Notes: generated from the letters alone by a model not told the origin. A stretch of DNA of 64,000 nucleotides from Candidatus Poribacteria bacterium (GCA_965215015.1 OZ244042.1:3488001-3552000), one strand, 5' to 3'. Counted from the first letter of the stretch, positions 49,829 to 60,249 are shown. Numbers and translations are program-made.

Positions 49829-50659
49829 ATGAAGCCGAACCAGATTATTCAGGGAGATGCTCTTGAACTTCTAAAGGAAATCCCTGATTGCTTCGCTGAA
49901 TTGATAATAGCTGATCCGCCTTATAACATTGGCAAAGACTTTGGGATAGGCAAACATTTTAATAAGGTTGAAGTCTGGCGTGAGTGGTGTAGACATTGGT
50001 TAGCCGAGTGTCATAGGATCCTAACTGACAATGGGTCTCTGTTCGTATATGGAATTCATAAATATATTTGTTATGTGCAGGTTGATTTAATGGACATGGG
50101 GATGGAGTATGGCCGGTTGCTTATATGGCACTATGAAAACGGTTTTGCCGGGTATACGAAGAAACCTGCTGCCCACTATGAGCCGCTTCTTTGGATGACC
50201 AAAAGCAAGAATTTTGTATATCACACGATTCGGGAGCCTTATAAAAGTCAAGAACGTTTGAAGCACAAGATAACCAAGAATGGGAAGATATGGAAACCTC
50301 ATCCGGAGGGCAGATTAGCAGGAGATGTGTGGAGATTTCCTACGTTGGCAGGTCGTCGTTTTGCAGGGGAAAAGGTCGATCACCCAACCCAGAAGCCACT
50401 GAGTTTGACACTTCGGATTATAAAACACTTTTCTAATAAGGGGGATACGATTCTTATTCCATTTACAGGTTCTGGCACAGAATGTGTTGCGGCAAAAATA
50501 CTTGGAAGAAATCATCTCGGATTTGAGTTGAATCCAGACTACATAATCTTAGCAGAAGAACGTTTGAAGAACGCAGAAGAATCCGCTGGTTCTTCAAATG
50601 AGGCAAATCAACAGCTATATCTTGAGGGTTGTGAGATCTCTACTGATTTGATCTCGTAG
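49829..50659 (+). CDS. Site-specific DNA methyltransferase (beta class, N4-C/N6-A)
   Basis: ADPPYN near the N-terminus, HPTQKP, PFTGSGT near the C-terminus. Confidence 0.92.
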   Translation: MKPNQIIQGDALELLKEIPDCFAELIIADPPYNIGKDFGIGKHFNKVEVWREWCRHWLAECHRILTDNGSLFVYGIHKYICYVQVDLMDMGMEYGRLLIWHYENGFAGYTKKPAAHYEPLLWMTKSKNFVYHTIREPYKSQERLKHKITKNGKIWKPHPEGRLAGDVWRFPTLAGRRFAGEKVDHPTQKPLSLTLRIIKHFSNKGDTILIPFTGSGTECVAAKILGRNHLGFELNPDYIILAEERLKNAEESAGSSNEANQQLYLEGCEISTDLIS

Positions 50660-50907
50660 GTATGAAGGCACCCTAGCTTGGTCCATTAGTTCAAGAATAT
50701 AATCTCCGTTAATTCGCCCATGAAATTAGGTATCCAAATATAGTTGCTGTGTTTTTTTCCAGTGTAAGCCATGACTACCTGAGAAATTAACGAAAAATTA
50801 GGAGGATGAGTCGAACCGTAGGACTATTGTAGATGGTATGTGGATATTTTGTCGATCTGAAAATTTTAGCAGGAACGTAAAGTTGTTCTTAATTACGGAG
50901 GTATTAA

Positions 50908-51948
50908 ATGGCACAAAAGACATGCTTGATGATTGGCGGAAGCGGCATGGCAGGCGGCTGGATCCGAAACTTTGTCGATAACTTCAGCGATCGGATAAAA
51001 ATTATTGGATTAGCGGATGTGCTGCCGGATGTGCTGGCGCAGCAGGGAGCGGCACTCGGTCTCAGCGAAAATCAGCTGTTCACAGACTTTAATGAGGCGT
51101 GTGCGGCGGTCAAAGCGGACTTCTGCGGTGTTGCGACACCCCCACCATTCCACAGTCCTGCAGCGATTGCTGCGATGGAAAACGGAATGCCGGTAATCTG
51201 TGAAAAGCCGATCGCCGATACACTTGAAGCGGCGAAGGCGATGGTGGCTACTGCTCAGAAAACCGGAATGCCGTGTGCGATTATCCAGAATTACCGTTAT
51301 GCAAGGAATAAACAGGAGTTGGTTCGCATTCGGGGAGAGGAACGGTTAGGGCGGCTCCAGCATATTGTGGGGCGGTACGCCTGTGACTACCGTCGCTATC
51401 AATCGTGGGGTAAGGCGTGGCGGCACGATATGAATTTCAGTCTGCTCTTTGAGGGCTCTGTTCACCATCTTGACATGCTGCGCTTCCTCTCCGGCGGCGA
51501 CTGCGAGATGCTAATCGGGTTTGGTTGGAATCCTGAGTGGTCCAGTTTTAAGCACTATTCGAGTGGATTGTACTTGATGCAGATGGACAATGGAGTTCAT
51601 ACCTGTTACGAGGGGAATAGCTCTGCTGCGGGCATCGTCAACTGTTGGCATAACGAACATTATCGCGCGGAATTTGAGGAGGGGTGTGTCGAAATTGCCG
51701 GTGGAGATCAGGTTACGATTCATCGGGTCGGTCAGGAGGCGGAGGTATACGAAGCACCGGAGATACCTCGCTTCGGTCATGAGCATCTGTTCGACGAATT
51801 TATCAACTGGCTTGATGGCGGTGCACCCTCTGCAACGCGAATTGAGGACAACATCAAGAGTTTCGCGTTGGTGATTGCGGCGATGGAGACAAGTGTTGAC
51901 GGGCAACCGAAACGGATTGCGGACTACTTGAGCGGACTGGATCTCTGA
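50908..51948 (+). CDS. Gfo/Idh/MocA family oxidoreductase
   Basis: IGGSGMA, ICEKP, HHLDMLR. Confidence 0.88.
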   Translation: MAQKTCLMIGGSGMAGGWIRNFVDNFSDRIKIIGLADVLPDVLAQQGAALGLSENQLFTDFNEACAAVKADFCGVATPPPFHSPAAIAAMENGMPVICEKPIADTLEAAKAMVATAQKTGMPCAIIQNYRYARNKQELVRIRGEERLGRLQHIVGRYACDYRRYQSWGKAWRHDMNFSLLFEGSVHHLDMLRFLSGGDCEMLIGFGWNPEWSSFKHYSSGLYLMQMDNGVHTCYEGNSSAAGIVNCWHNEHYRAEFEEGCVEIAGGDQVTIHRVGQEAEVYEAPEIPRFGHEHLFDEFINWLDGGAPSATRIEDNIKSFALVIAAMETSVDGQPKRIADYLSGLDL

Positions 51949-52568
51949 TTTATAAAAAGTAGGGTGTAACAAGGTCGCATTATGCTTTATGTTATAGCGA
52001 GGCGATTATCATGGCAAAAAAATCAACCGTATTTCCGTATTCGGAACGCCGACAAAGCACTTGAGTTTTTGAAGCAGTGGGGATATGCGTCGCAAAAGCC
52101 TTGGAACGAATATCCTTTTTCTTATCAAGTGGTTGGAACTGATTTGTATATCAGGACCTTTTCGACAGGGCAAGCGGATATCCAGCTACCCTGGAATTAG
52201 AACCGTGAAGATTGCAACCTATTCCGGTGCCTGAAACGACAATTTTGGGATGACCACCTATACTTCAAAAAACTTTTTAAGACCTTGAAATGAATACGGT
52301 AACAGCTATCGAACAACTCAGGTAAATCCTCAGTGGATATGTGCGACTGCCGGAGCAATCTCCTATTCGAGAACATGTCCTACAGACTTATTTGAGGGGG
52401 GTTCGCTAGATAAACGAGTTCCGGTTTCGTTGTCTTGATGCTTTGGTGTAAGGAGCACCGATCATTATTACCTATGAGATCGTGAATTTCGATGTGGGCT
52501 TGTAAGAAGCCCCGATGGGATTGGGATTAAGAAGTATGCGCTCACCCCAAAGTACAAGGAGAACAAAC

Positions 52569-53771
52569 ATGGCAAATTTAGCGATCAACGGCGGCACACC
52601 CGTTCGGACCGAACCGTATCCCTCTTGGCCCACCTTTGACGATAACGACCTCAAAAGTTTTGAAGCGGTCTATCGGAGTGGGAAATGGGGCACCGGCGGG
52701 GCACGGGTTCCTGAGTTTGAGGAGCGTTTCGCTCAATTTCAAGACGCAAAATATGGTGTCTGTGTGAATAGCGGTACGGCGGCACTATTCGTCGCGCTCA
52801 AGGCTGCAGGTGTCGAACTTGGCGATGAAGTTATCACAACGCCGTACACGTTCCAAGCGACGGTGGTGTCAATTCTGATGGCGAATGGAACGCCGGTTTT
52901 TGTGGATACGCTCCCCGACGGTTTTAACATTAATCCATCGAAAATCGAAGCGGCGATCACACCGAATACCAAGGCTGTCCTACCGGTTCATATTGCGGGT
53001 TATCCTGCCGATATGGATGGGATTTTGGAAGTTGCTGAACGAAATGACCTCGCTGTGGTTGAGGATTGTGCCCAGGCACACGGCGCAGAGTGGCGGGACA
53101 GAGGGGTCGGCGGTTGGGGGCATCTCGGTTGCTTTAGCTTTCAATCCTCCAAGAACCTCTGTGCAGGCGAAGGCGGTATTGTTCTGACCAATGATCGAAA
53201 ACTGTATGAACGGGCGTGGGCGATTCATAACTGTGGACGTTCTCTATCTGAGTCTCAGTTTGAGACGGAGCCGTTCGGCGGGAATTTCCGGATGACGGAG
53301 TGGCAGGGCGGGTTGCTCCTCTCGCGTCTTGAGCGGCTGAATGGCGAGATCAACCTACGCAATACAAATATGCGAGCTCTGGATGCCGGACTCGGCGAGA
53401 TTCCCGGCATCAAGGTGGTGCCGCTCGATTCACGCGCAACCCGTGGTGGTTGTCACGGTTATAAAGCGATTTTCGATTCAGAGGAGTTTGCGGCCATCTC
53501 CCGCGAAACGTTCCTCAAAGCAATGCGTGCAGAGGGGGTTCCAATGGGGCATTGGTACACGACGCCGATGTATCGAGAACCGTTTATGGGATCGGGACTC
53601 TTGAGCCCGAAACCTGACTATTTGAATGTCTCCTGCCCAGAGACGGAAAAGCTGTGTACAAACGGTTTGGCACTCAGTCAGAGCATTCTGATGGGCACTG
53701 AGGAGGATATGGCGGATATCGTTACGGCAGCGACAAAGATCCGTCGCTATGTGGGAGAGTTGAAGTTGTGA
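52569..53771 (+). CDS. DegT/DnrJ/EryC1/StrS family PLP-dependent aminotransferase
   Basis: NSGTAAL, EDCAQAHG, SFQSSKNL, GEGG. Confidence 0.93.
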   Translation: MANLAINGGTPVRTEPYPSWPTFDDNDLKSFEAVYRSGKWGTGGARVPEFEERFAQFQDAKYGVCVNSGTAALFVALKAAGVELGDEVITTPYTFQATVVSILMANGTPVFVDTLPDGFNINPSKIEAAITPNTKAVLPVHIAGYPADMDGILEVAERNDLAVVEDCAQAHGAEWRDRGVGGWGHLGCFSFQSSKNLCAGEGGIVLTNDRKLYERAWAIHNCGRSLSESQFETEPFGGNFRMTEWQGGLLLSRLERLNGEINLRNTNMRALDAGLGEIPGIKVVPLDSRATRGGCHGYKAIFDSEEFAAISRETFLKAMRAEGVPMGHWYTTPMYREPFMGSGLLSPKPDYLNVSCPETEKLCTNGLALSQSILMGTEEDMADIVTAATKIRRYVGELKL

Positions 53772-53928
53772 AGCCATGCAACTAGCGGATAAAGGGAGTG
53801 TTTACGTATAAGTTAGGTAAAGTGACCGACTGATATCCGTCAAAGTCCGTAGGGGTGGTTAAAGTAGGGATACCCCTACTTCAGTGGGAGAAGCATCGTG
53901 GCAGCGATGCACCGTCTGCAAAGACACT

Positions 53929-53961
53929 AGAAACCGAGTTTTTGTCAAAAACTCGGTTTCT
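53929..53961. repeat. Inverted repeat AGAAACCGAGTTTTT...AAAAACTCGGTTTCT; half-sites also at about 8901 and 30690
   Basis: Hairpin read directly from the sequence. Confidence 0.7.
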
Positions 53962-54007
53962 TTATTCTGCTATCTATACTCTCCGAAGAAAAACAAACAG
54001 ACGCGCA

Positions 54008-54526
54008 ATGCACCAAGAACTCACCTACAAGCTCGCTCAATGTTGTTCACCAGAGGCGGGGGCGGACATCATTGGATATTTTAAGGAAGATGGCACGGTT
54101 GCTGTCCACCGGTCCGATTGCGCTTCCGTCCAGTACCTGCGTCTTGAGCGACTTCTTGAGGTGACATGGGATGAAATCCACGCAGCGGAAGCATCCACCG
54201 ATATAGAAACAAAAGATCCGACATTTGATCAACTGGATGAGGTGGATTACCTCATCCTGAAACACCATCAGGAATTTGGGTTAGACTATTCGATTGTTGT
54301 CTCTGAGGTGCTCGGTCTGCCTCTTGAGGAGATCCGTAAACGCCATCAGAAGTTGCGGAAATTGGGGGGCTTGAAGCGTGTGGAGCGGCGGATGATTCAG
54401 TACCGCAAGAACATTGTGAAGGGGAAGTGGATCAAACACCGCAACCATACCTACTATGAATTGACGCCCATAGGGGATCGGTGGGTACGCGCGTTTGAGG
54501 AGAAGACAGCGACAATTGCCTTGTAG
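54008..54526 (+). CDS. RelA/SpoT zinc-finger-like domain fused to a DUF2250-like winged-helix domain
   Basis: LAQCCSP...DIIGY...VAVHRSDC...LEVTW, then ILKHH...DYS...HRNHTYYELTPIG. Confidence 0.7.
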   Translation: MHQELTYKLAQCCSPEAGADIIGYFKEDGTVAVHRSDCASVQYLRLERLLEVTWDEIHAAEASTDIETKDPTFDQLDEVDYLILKHHQEFGLDYSIVVSEVLGLPLEEIRKRHQKLRKLGGLKRVERRMIQYRKNIVKGKWIKHRNHTYYELTPIGDRWVRAFEEKTATIAL

Positions 54527-54570
54527 AATCTGTGAAACGCGGCACAACGGAATCGTCCTAGGAGACTGGA

Positions 54571-55941
54571 TTGCAACAAAAAGTAGAAATTCGGGGTGTA
54601 AAAGGAGGGGTAACGGGACCCGGTGGCTATCGCGAGGTCTGGCTGTTAGCATATCCGATTGTTATCACGATGTTATCGCGGACAGCGATGATGTTCGTGG
54701 ATGCGGCGATGGTCGGACGTTTGGGCGCGACAGAATTAGCAGCTGTCGGATTGGCAGGAATATTGACATGGACATTATTCTCCTTTTTTCAAGGATTTTT
54801 GGGTAGTGTCAACACCTTCGTTGCACAACGTTATGGAGCGGGGAATCGGCAGGGCGTCACCGTTGCGGCGTGGCAAGGGATTTATCTCGCACTTGGTTCG
54901 TATCTCGTCATACTCCTGATTAATCTATTCACAGAGCCTGCGTTTGCTCTGATGAAACCGTCTCTAGAGGTTCAACGTCTGGCGGGCACCTATACGCAAA
55001 TTCGGTTATACGGTGGGATTACTGTCTTTATCTCTTTTGGGATGGCAAGCTTTTTACGGGGCATCGGTGATACAAAGACACCGATGCGGATTGAGATTGT
55101 CGCCAATCTGGTCAACCTCCTCCTCGACTATCTGCTGATCTTTGGAAAATTGGGTTGTCCAAGGCTTGAAGTCGTTGGTGCTGCGGTTGCCACGTTGATT
55201 GCGGGTGTGGTCGCAGCCGTTTGTTATCTTGTTGTTTTCCTCTCACAGAAGTCGGATCAGGCGTTCCAAACCCGATCTCATTTCCGGCTTGATTTCGGGG
55301 ACCTCCGCCGCATTCTGCGGATTGGCTTACCGATGGGCGTGCACAATTTGATGGATTTGGGGAGCTTTACGGTGTTTGTCGCCTTAGTTGGACGCATGGG
55401 CGATATTGCGCTTGCAGCGAATAATGCTGGGGTTACTTTGATTTCTACATCGTTTATGCCGCTATATGGGATTTCTATGGCAGCAATGACGCTGGTTGGG
55501 CATTATATCGGATCAGGGCAACTTCATTATGCCCGCAGAAGTGGCTATACGGCGATAAAGTTGGGGGTTGTGTATACCTTCTTCGTTGCCATTGCGTTTT
55601 TTTTAGTACCGGAATTTTTAATCTCGCTGGTGACACCGGATGCGGAGGTTATTCGTCTCGGAACGCGGCTCCTGTTTTTCGCGGCACTCTTTCAACTTTC
55701 TGACGGATTCGGCATCTGTGCATCAGGCGCGCTCAAGGGAGCCGGCGATACCTTTTTCACAATGTGTATTGGCATTGGCTATGCGTGGCTGCTCTTTCTT
55801 CCGCTAGCATACATTTTGGGATTTTGGTTGGGATATGGGGTGCCTGGCGCGTGGTGCGGCGCAACAATCTATATTATTTTGGCGGGTATAACCTATTTCC
55901 TTCGTTTTCGCAGCGACCGGTGGGAACGAATTCGGATTTAA
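54571..55941 (+). CDS. MATE family efflux transporter
   Basis: DAAMVGRLG, LRGIGDTKTP, GALKGAGDT; about 12 TM. Confidence 0.93.
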   Translation: MQQKVEIRGVKGGVTGPGGYREVWLLAYPIVITMLSRTAMMFVDAAMVGRLGATELAAVGLAGILTWTLFSFFQGFLGSVNTFVAQRYGAGNRQGVTVAAWQGIYLALGSYLVILLINLFTEPAFALMKPSLEVQRLAGTYTQIRLYGGITVFISFGMASFLRGIGDTKTPMRIEIVANLVNLLLDYLLIFGKLGCPRLEVVGAAVATLIAGVVAAVCYLVVFLSQKSDQAFQTRSHFRLDFGDLRRILRIGLPMGVHNLMDLGSFTVFVALVGRMGDIALAANNAGVTLISTSFMPLYGISMAAMTLVGHYIGSGQLHYARRSGYTAIKLGVVYTFFVAIAFFLVPEFLISLVTPDAEVIRLGTRLLFFAALFQLSDGFGICASGALKGAGDTFFTMCIGIGYAWLLFLPLAYILGFWLGYGVPGAWCGATIYIILAGITYFLRFRSDRWERIRI

Positions 55942-56010
55942 TCGTTGATTCTAATACTGTGTCTTGACGATGTTATAACCTTCATACATATCAATGGGAG
56001 GGATGGACAA

Positions 56011-57213
56011 ATGCTTCAACGATATACAGAATCTAACAAAATTCGGCGGCGGTCGGCGATACTGGCCGCTTTAATTTTGCACCTGATTATTGGAATCCTT
56101 TATGTTTTGAGACCGGACAGTGAGGACTTCAAAGATAGGGACCGTATCACGGTTGAGTGGGTGAAAGAGCCTCCGAGACCCGAGATGAAAACAATCAAGA
56201 CCAAGCCGCCGCTGAAGATGCAAATTCGTAAGCTTGATGAAGATTTGGCTCGCAGATCGAAAGAAAAGATTCTTGAATCCTCACGCCACAAACTGACAGA
56301 AGTTGCCCGCCTCAGTCAACGGATTGTACGCGAGAATCTCGACGTGACCACAGCACCACTCACTGAGAAGCTGCCGGAGGTAATGACAGATGTGGACTTA
56401 CGGGAATCGGAAAGGTCGGATATTGGGCGTCCTGTTTCGCTTCGAGCGGATGGTCAGGGCAAAGTGACAGGACGGATGCGGGTGCGCGGTCAACGCAGTG
56501 GCCTTGATATGGTTGATTCCTTGGGGGATTCAAAAGATGGATTGATTGGTGGAGGTGGGTCCCCAGGTATGCTGAAAAAGTTGGGGAAAGTAAAAGACAA
56601 ATTGGGTATCATTGAATTCATCGAAGAAGCGGAGGGGGCCCAACAGGTTGTCTTCTGCCTTGATGTCTCGGCAAGTATGCAGGCGGCTGGACTAAGAAAA
56701 CTGGAATTGGCAGTTGAGGCGATCAAGGAAGCGTTGTCTTCGCTTAACGCGGATGATTCTTTCAATATCATTACCTTTGCAGCGAACGCCAAGATGGGGA
56801 AGCGTAAGCTGGCACCGGTAACAGAGAAGAATATTGAAACAGTATCGAAGTATCTGGATCGGTTTACGCCCGAAGGGATTGCAAATAACCAGGGAACGAA
56901 CCTCCTCGAAACTATTGAAACGGCACTTGAGATCAATCCGTCAATTATCGTGTTGGTCACCGACGGTTTACCCACGACAGGTCCCAATCAAAATATTGAA
57001 ATAGATTCGACAAAAATTCTGGAAACCGTCAAGGCGAAAAATGTGAATGGCGCAAGCATCTATATCGTGGCACTTGAGATAGATCTGGAGCTTTCGCCTG
57101 GTGCTGCCCTCCTTGTTGATCTGGTTGATCAAAACAGCGGAGAGATCAAAGTCGTTGATTACAATCAGCTCGTAAAATATGCAAAGGAGGACTTGAGTAC
57201 ACAGAACTTTTGA
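56011..57213 (+). CDS. Membrane-anchored vWA-domain protein
   Basis: TM ALILHL, MIDAS DVSASM, GTNL, VTDG. Confidence 0.82.
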   Translation: MLQRYTESNKIRRRSAILAALILHLIIGILYVLRPDSEDFKDRDRITVEWVKEPPRPEMKTIKTKPPLKMQIRKLDEDLARRSKEKILESSRHKLTEVARLSQRIVRENLDVTTAPLTEKLPEVMTDVDLRESERSDIGRPVSLRADGQGKVTGRMRVRGQRSGLDMVDSLGDSKDGLIGGGGSPGMLKKLGKVKDKLGIIEFIEEAEGAQQVVFCLDVSASMQAAGLRKLELAVEAIKEALSSLNADDSFNIITFAANAKMGKRKLAPVTEKNIETVSKYLDRFTPEGIANNQGTNLLETIETALEINPSIIVLVTDGLPTTGPNQNIEIDSTKILETVKAKNVNGASIYIVALEIDLELSPGAALLVDLVDQNSGEIKVVDYNQLVKYAKEDLSTQNF

Positions 57214-57364
57214 TGACGGATCTGTGAACAGTCTCGGCACCATTAAGATGGGAGAACGGAAAGCGTGAAACGTGATGCGTAAACGGTTAGTCCATTAGTT
57301 CAGGGGGTCATTGGTTTATTAAGTCCTATCGGGGCGGCAGAGGACAGCTTGGGTTAGAATAGGG

Positions 57365-57393
57365 TTGACAGTCTCTTTGTGATTCCATATAAT
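57365..57393 (+). promoter_or_regulatory. Perfect-consensus sigma70 promoter
   Basis: TTGACA-N17-TATAAT. Confidence 0.75.
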
Positions 57394-57478
57394 TTGCACT
57401 GATTTAAGTTGAGTTGCAGACAACATGCGTTGTCCTGTACGCAGGAATTTTTCGTAAACTCTAACTCATTAGATTGAC

Positions 57479-57660
57479 GGTCATGTGAAGAAATCGTGCA
57501 AAGCCCCCGAGTTTTGCTGCTCCCCTCTAATCCCCCGCAAGCGGGGGAGGGGCAGTTTCAAATACCAATCGTGTTGGACTCTCGTGTTTGGTGAATTGAG
57601 CCAAGATGGTTGCGCGATGTTCCGGGTATCTTTGCTCTGCACTTTCTTTTGACATGAACC
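57479..57660 (-). mobile_element. Family A MITE-like element in the leader of the BMP gene
   Basis: tcatgtgaagaaatcgtgcaa ... tgcactttcttttgacatgaacc. Confidence 0.65.
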
Positions 57661-57684
57661 TAAATTGATTGTTGAGGTGTTTTT

Positions 57685-58674
57685 ATGTTTAAAAAAAATT
57701 GGATTATTTTTGGTTTACTCGTTCTCTTGTTTGGATTTACTAGCGGTACAACCGATGCAGCGAAGTTCAAAGTTGCCTTATTGACGCCCGGTTCAATCAG
57801 CGATGCTGGATGGAACGCGCTGGCTTATGAAGGGCTCAAGCGTATTGAAAAGGAATTGGGAGTCGAGGTCAGCCATGTCGAAAGCAAAACCCCATCGCAG
57901 TGGGAGGAACATTTTCGATTCTATGCGAGTAAGGGGTACGGTCTAGTCTTTGGACACGGATTTGAGTATCAAGAACCCGCAAAAGCAGTCGCGCCCGATT
58001 TCCCGGATACAGTGTTTATCGCAACCTCCGGGAATACGGTTTTGGATAATGTGGCGTCAATTGTTTTCGAGCTTGAGGAGGCAACATATCTGCTAGGGGT
58101 CATTGCCGGCACAATGACCCAAACAGGCAAGATTGGGCTTATTGGTGGCATGAACATCCCACCAATCAACAGCACCTTTCACGCCTTTGAAGAAGGGGCG
58201 AAATCTGTCAATCCAAATATCAAAGTTTCCCGTTCCTACGTCGGAGATTGGGAGAACATCGGAAAAGCGAAGGAGTTAACATTGTCCCAAATTACGGAAG
58301 GGGTTGATTTCATCTTCCACAACGCGGATGCTGCTGGGCGTGGGGTTTTCCATGCTGTCGAAGAGAGTCGCAAAGTCGGTCAGGACATTTACGCTTTCGG
58401 TTCAAATCTAGATCAGAACGACATCGCCCCCGATGCGATACTTGCCAGTGCCGCCATTGATACCAAGGCCTTTGTATATGCTGCCGATTTGGTACAGACT
58501 GGCAAATTTGAACCTCGAGTGATGTGGATGGGGATGTCGTTTAATGAGACTGTGAAGTTGGTGTACAATCCGAAACTAAAAGATCGCATCCCGGAAGATC
58601 TCCTCGCTAAAGTTGAGAAGATTCGTCAGGATATTCTCGCCGGTAAGTTTAAGGCACCTCGCGTGAAATTTTAG
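57685..58674 (+). CDS. BMP family ABC transporter substrate-binding protein (nucleoside-type)
   Basis: Signal peptide; DAGWNALAYEG, FGHGFEY, KIGLIGG. Confidence 0.9.
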   Translation: MFKKNWIIFGLLVLLFGFTSGTTDAAKFKVALLTPGSISDAGWNALAYEGLKRIEKELGVEVSHVESKTPSQWEEHFRFYASKGYGLVFGHGFEYQEPAKAVAPDFPDTVFIATSGNTVLDNVASIVFELEEATYLLGVIAGTMTQTGKIGLIGGMNIPPINSTFHAFEEGAKSVNPNIKVSRSYVGDWENIGKAKELTLSQITEGVDFIFHNADAAGRGVFHAVEESRKVGQDIYAFGSNLDQNDIAPDAILASAAIDTKAFVYAADLVQTGKFEPRVMWMGMSFNETVKLVYNPKLKDRIPEDLLAKVEKIRQDILAGKFKAPRVKF

Positions 58675-58695
58675 GAACAAAGGGGAATTCAGCCA

Positions 58696-60249
58696 TTGGC
58701 ATCACCCGCACTTGAACTGCACGGCATCATCAAAGCATTCGGGAACAATCTCGCCGTGGATCGCGTGGACTTCGCATTGGAACGAGGAGAGATTCATACC
58801 TTACTCGGCGAAAACGGGGCGGGTAAATCCACACTGGTGAACCTAATCTACGGCTTGTATCAACCCGACGCCGGGGCAATTCTGATCGATGGCAAGCCGA
58901 GCGTTGTCGATTCGCCAAAGACGGCGATTGCCCTGGGGTTGGGCATGGTGCATCAGCACTTTATGCTGGTGCCTTCGTTAAGCGTGGCTGAAAATATTGC
59001 CCTCACTTCTGAACGTGGCAAATTCCGGTTCCGGCGGAACGAAGCGGAGGAAAACGTTCAACAGCTTTCCACCCGTTACGGTCTGTCCATCTCACCGCAC
59101 ATGAAGGTCTGGCAGCTTTCGGTTGGGTTTCAGCAGCGGGTTGAGATTCTCAAGGCACTTTCAGCGGAGGCGCGAATCCTTATCCTTGATGAGCCGACTG
59201 CGGTCTTGTCTCCACAAGAGATCGTGGAACTGTTTACCATCCTGCGTCGTCTCAAGTCCGATGGGCATTCGATTATCTTCATTAGCCATAAGCTGAAGGA
59301 GGTAATGGAAATCAGCGATCGGATTACCGTGTTACGTCGCGGCAAAAGTGTCGCGACGACGAAGGTTGCTGACACCTCGTCCACCCATTTAGCGAAACAG
59401 ATGGTCGGACACGAGTTGCCGCAGATTCGGCGAAGCACACAAGTGCCCGGCCCGCCAATCCTTGAAATCCGCGATTTAACTGTTACAGATCATCAGGGCC
59501 GGACAATTGTTGATGGTCCTTCGTTTGATGTTTGCGCCGGTGAAATCGTAGGCATCGCTGGCATTGACGGTAATGGACAGATTGAGCTTGCCGAGACAAT
59601 TGTTGGACGCCGCAGGTCCCAGAACGGTGCCATCCGCTTTAATGGACAATCAATCGTCAATCTTCCGACGAGCAAAAGCCGTCAATTGGGATATGGCTAT
59701 ATCCCCGAAGACCGACAGGCTGCTGGGCTCATCCTGAGTTTCACAATCGCGGAGAATCTGATTCTCAACGTTCATCGACTCAAGGGGTATCGGTCGAAGC
59801 TCTTGAAAGATTGGGGGGCGTTTTTAGATCTTAAACGGATTGACGCTGATAGCGAGGGGCTTATCCGAAATTATGACGTGCGAACGCCCCACACACATGC
59901 ACCGGCGAGGTCATTATCCGGGGGCAACCAGCAAAAGGTTGTTATCGCACGGGAGCTCTCACAAGAGCCAGAACTGTTGCTGGCTGTCAATCCGACCCGT
60001 GGGTTGGACATCGGTGCCGCCGACTACACACATCAGCAGTTTCTTGAGCAACGTCGGCAGCAACGCGCTGTCTTGTTAATCTCAACGGAACTTGATGAGG
60101 TTTTGGCACTGAGTGACCGAATCTTTGTCATGTATAGAGGCAGATTAACTGAAGCAACGGAGTTTCGGGATGACCGGTCCAAAATCGGATTGTTGATGAC
60201 AGGGAATTGGCAAAATGAATTGCAAAATGTGAAACGCAGCGCGGATTGA
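58696..60249 (+). CDS. ABC transporter ATP-binding protein (two-domain, nucleoside/sugar type)
   Basis: GENGAGKST, ILDEPT, LSGGNQQK, PTRGLD. Confidence 0.93.
   Translation: MASPALELHGIIKAFGNNLAVDRVDFALERGEIHTLLGENGAGKSTLVNLIYGLYQPDAGAILIDGKPSVVDSPKTAIALGLGMVHQHFMLVPSLSVAENIALTSERGKFRFRRNEAEENVQQLSTRYGLSISPHMKVWQLSVGFQQRVEILKALSAEARILILDEPTAVLSPQEIVELFTILRRLKSDGHSIIFISHKLKEVMEISDRITVLRRGKSVATTKVADTSSTHLAKQMVGHELPQIRRSTQVPGPPILEIRDLTVTDHQGRTIVDGPSFDVCAGEIVGIAGIDGNGQIELAETIVGRRRSQNGAIRFNGQSIVNLPTSKSRQLGYGYIPEDRQAAGLILSFTIAENLILNVHRLKGYRSKLLKDWGAFLDLKRIDADSEGLIRNYDVRTPHTHAPARSLSGGNQQKVVIARELSQEPELLLAVNPTRGLDIGAADYTHQQFLEQRRQQRAVLLISTELDEVLALSDRIFVMYRGRLTEATEFRDDRSKIGLLMTGNWQNELQNVKRSAD

Noticed and set aside
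51982-52200. 72-aa ORF after the oxidoreductase
   Set aside because: No clear RBS or motif; possibly a remnant, and I cannot support a call.
57395-57480. Purine-type riboswitch ahead of the BMP transporter
   Set aside because: Hairpins are present but I cannot see the conserved aptamer core; an Rfam scan is needed.
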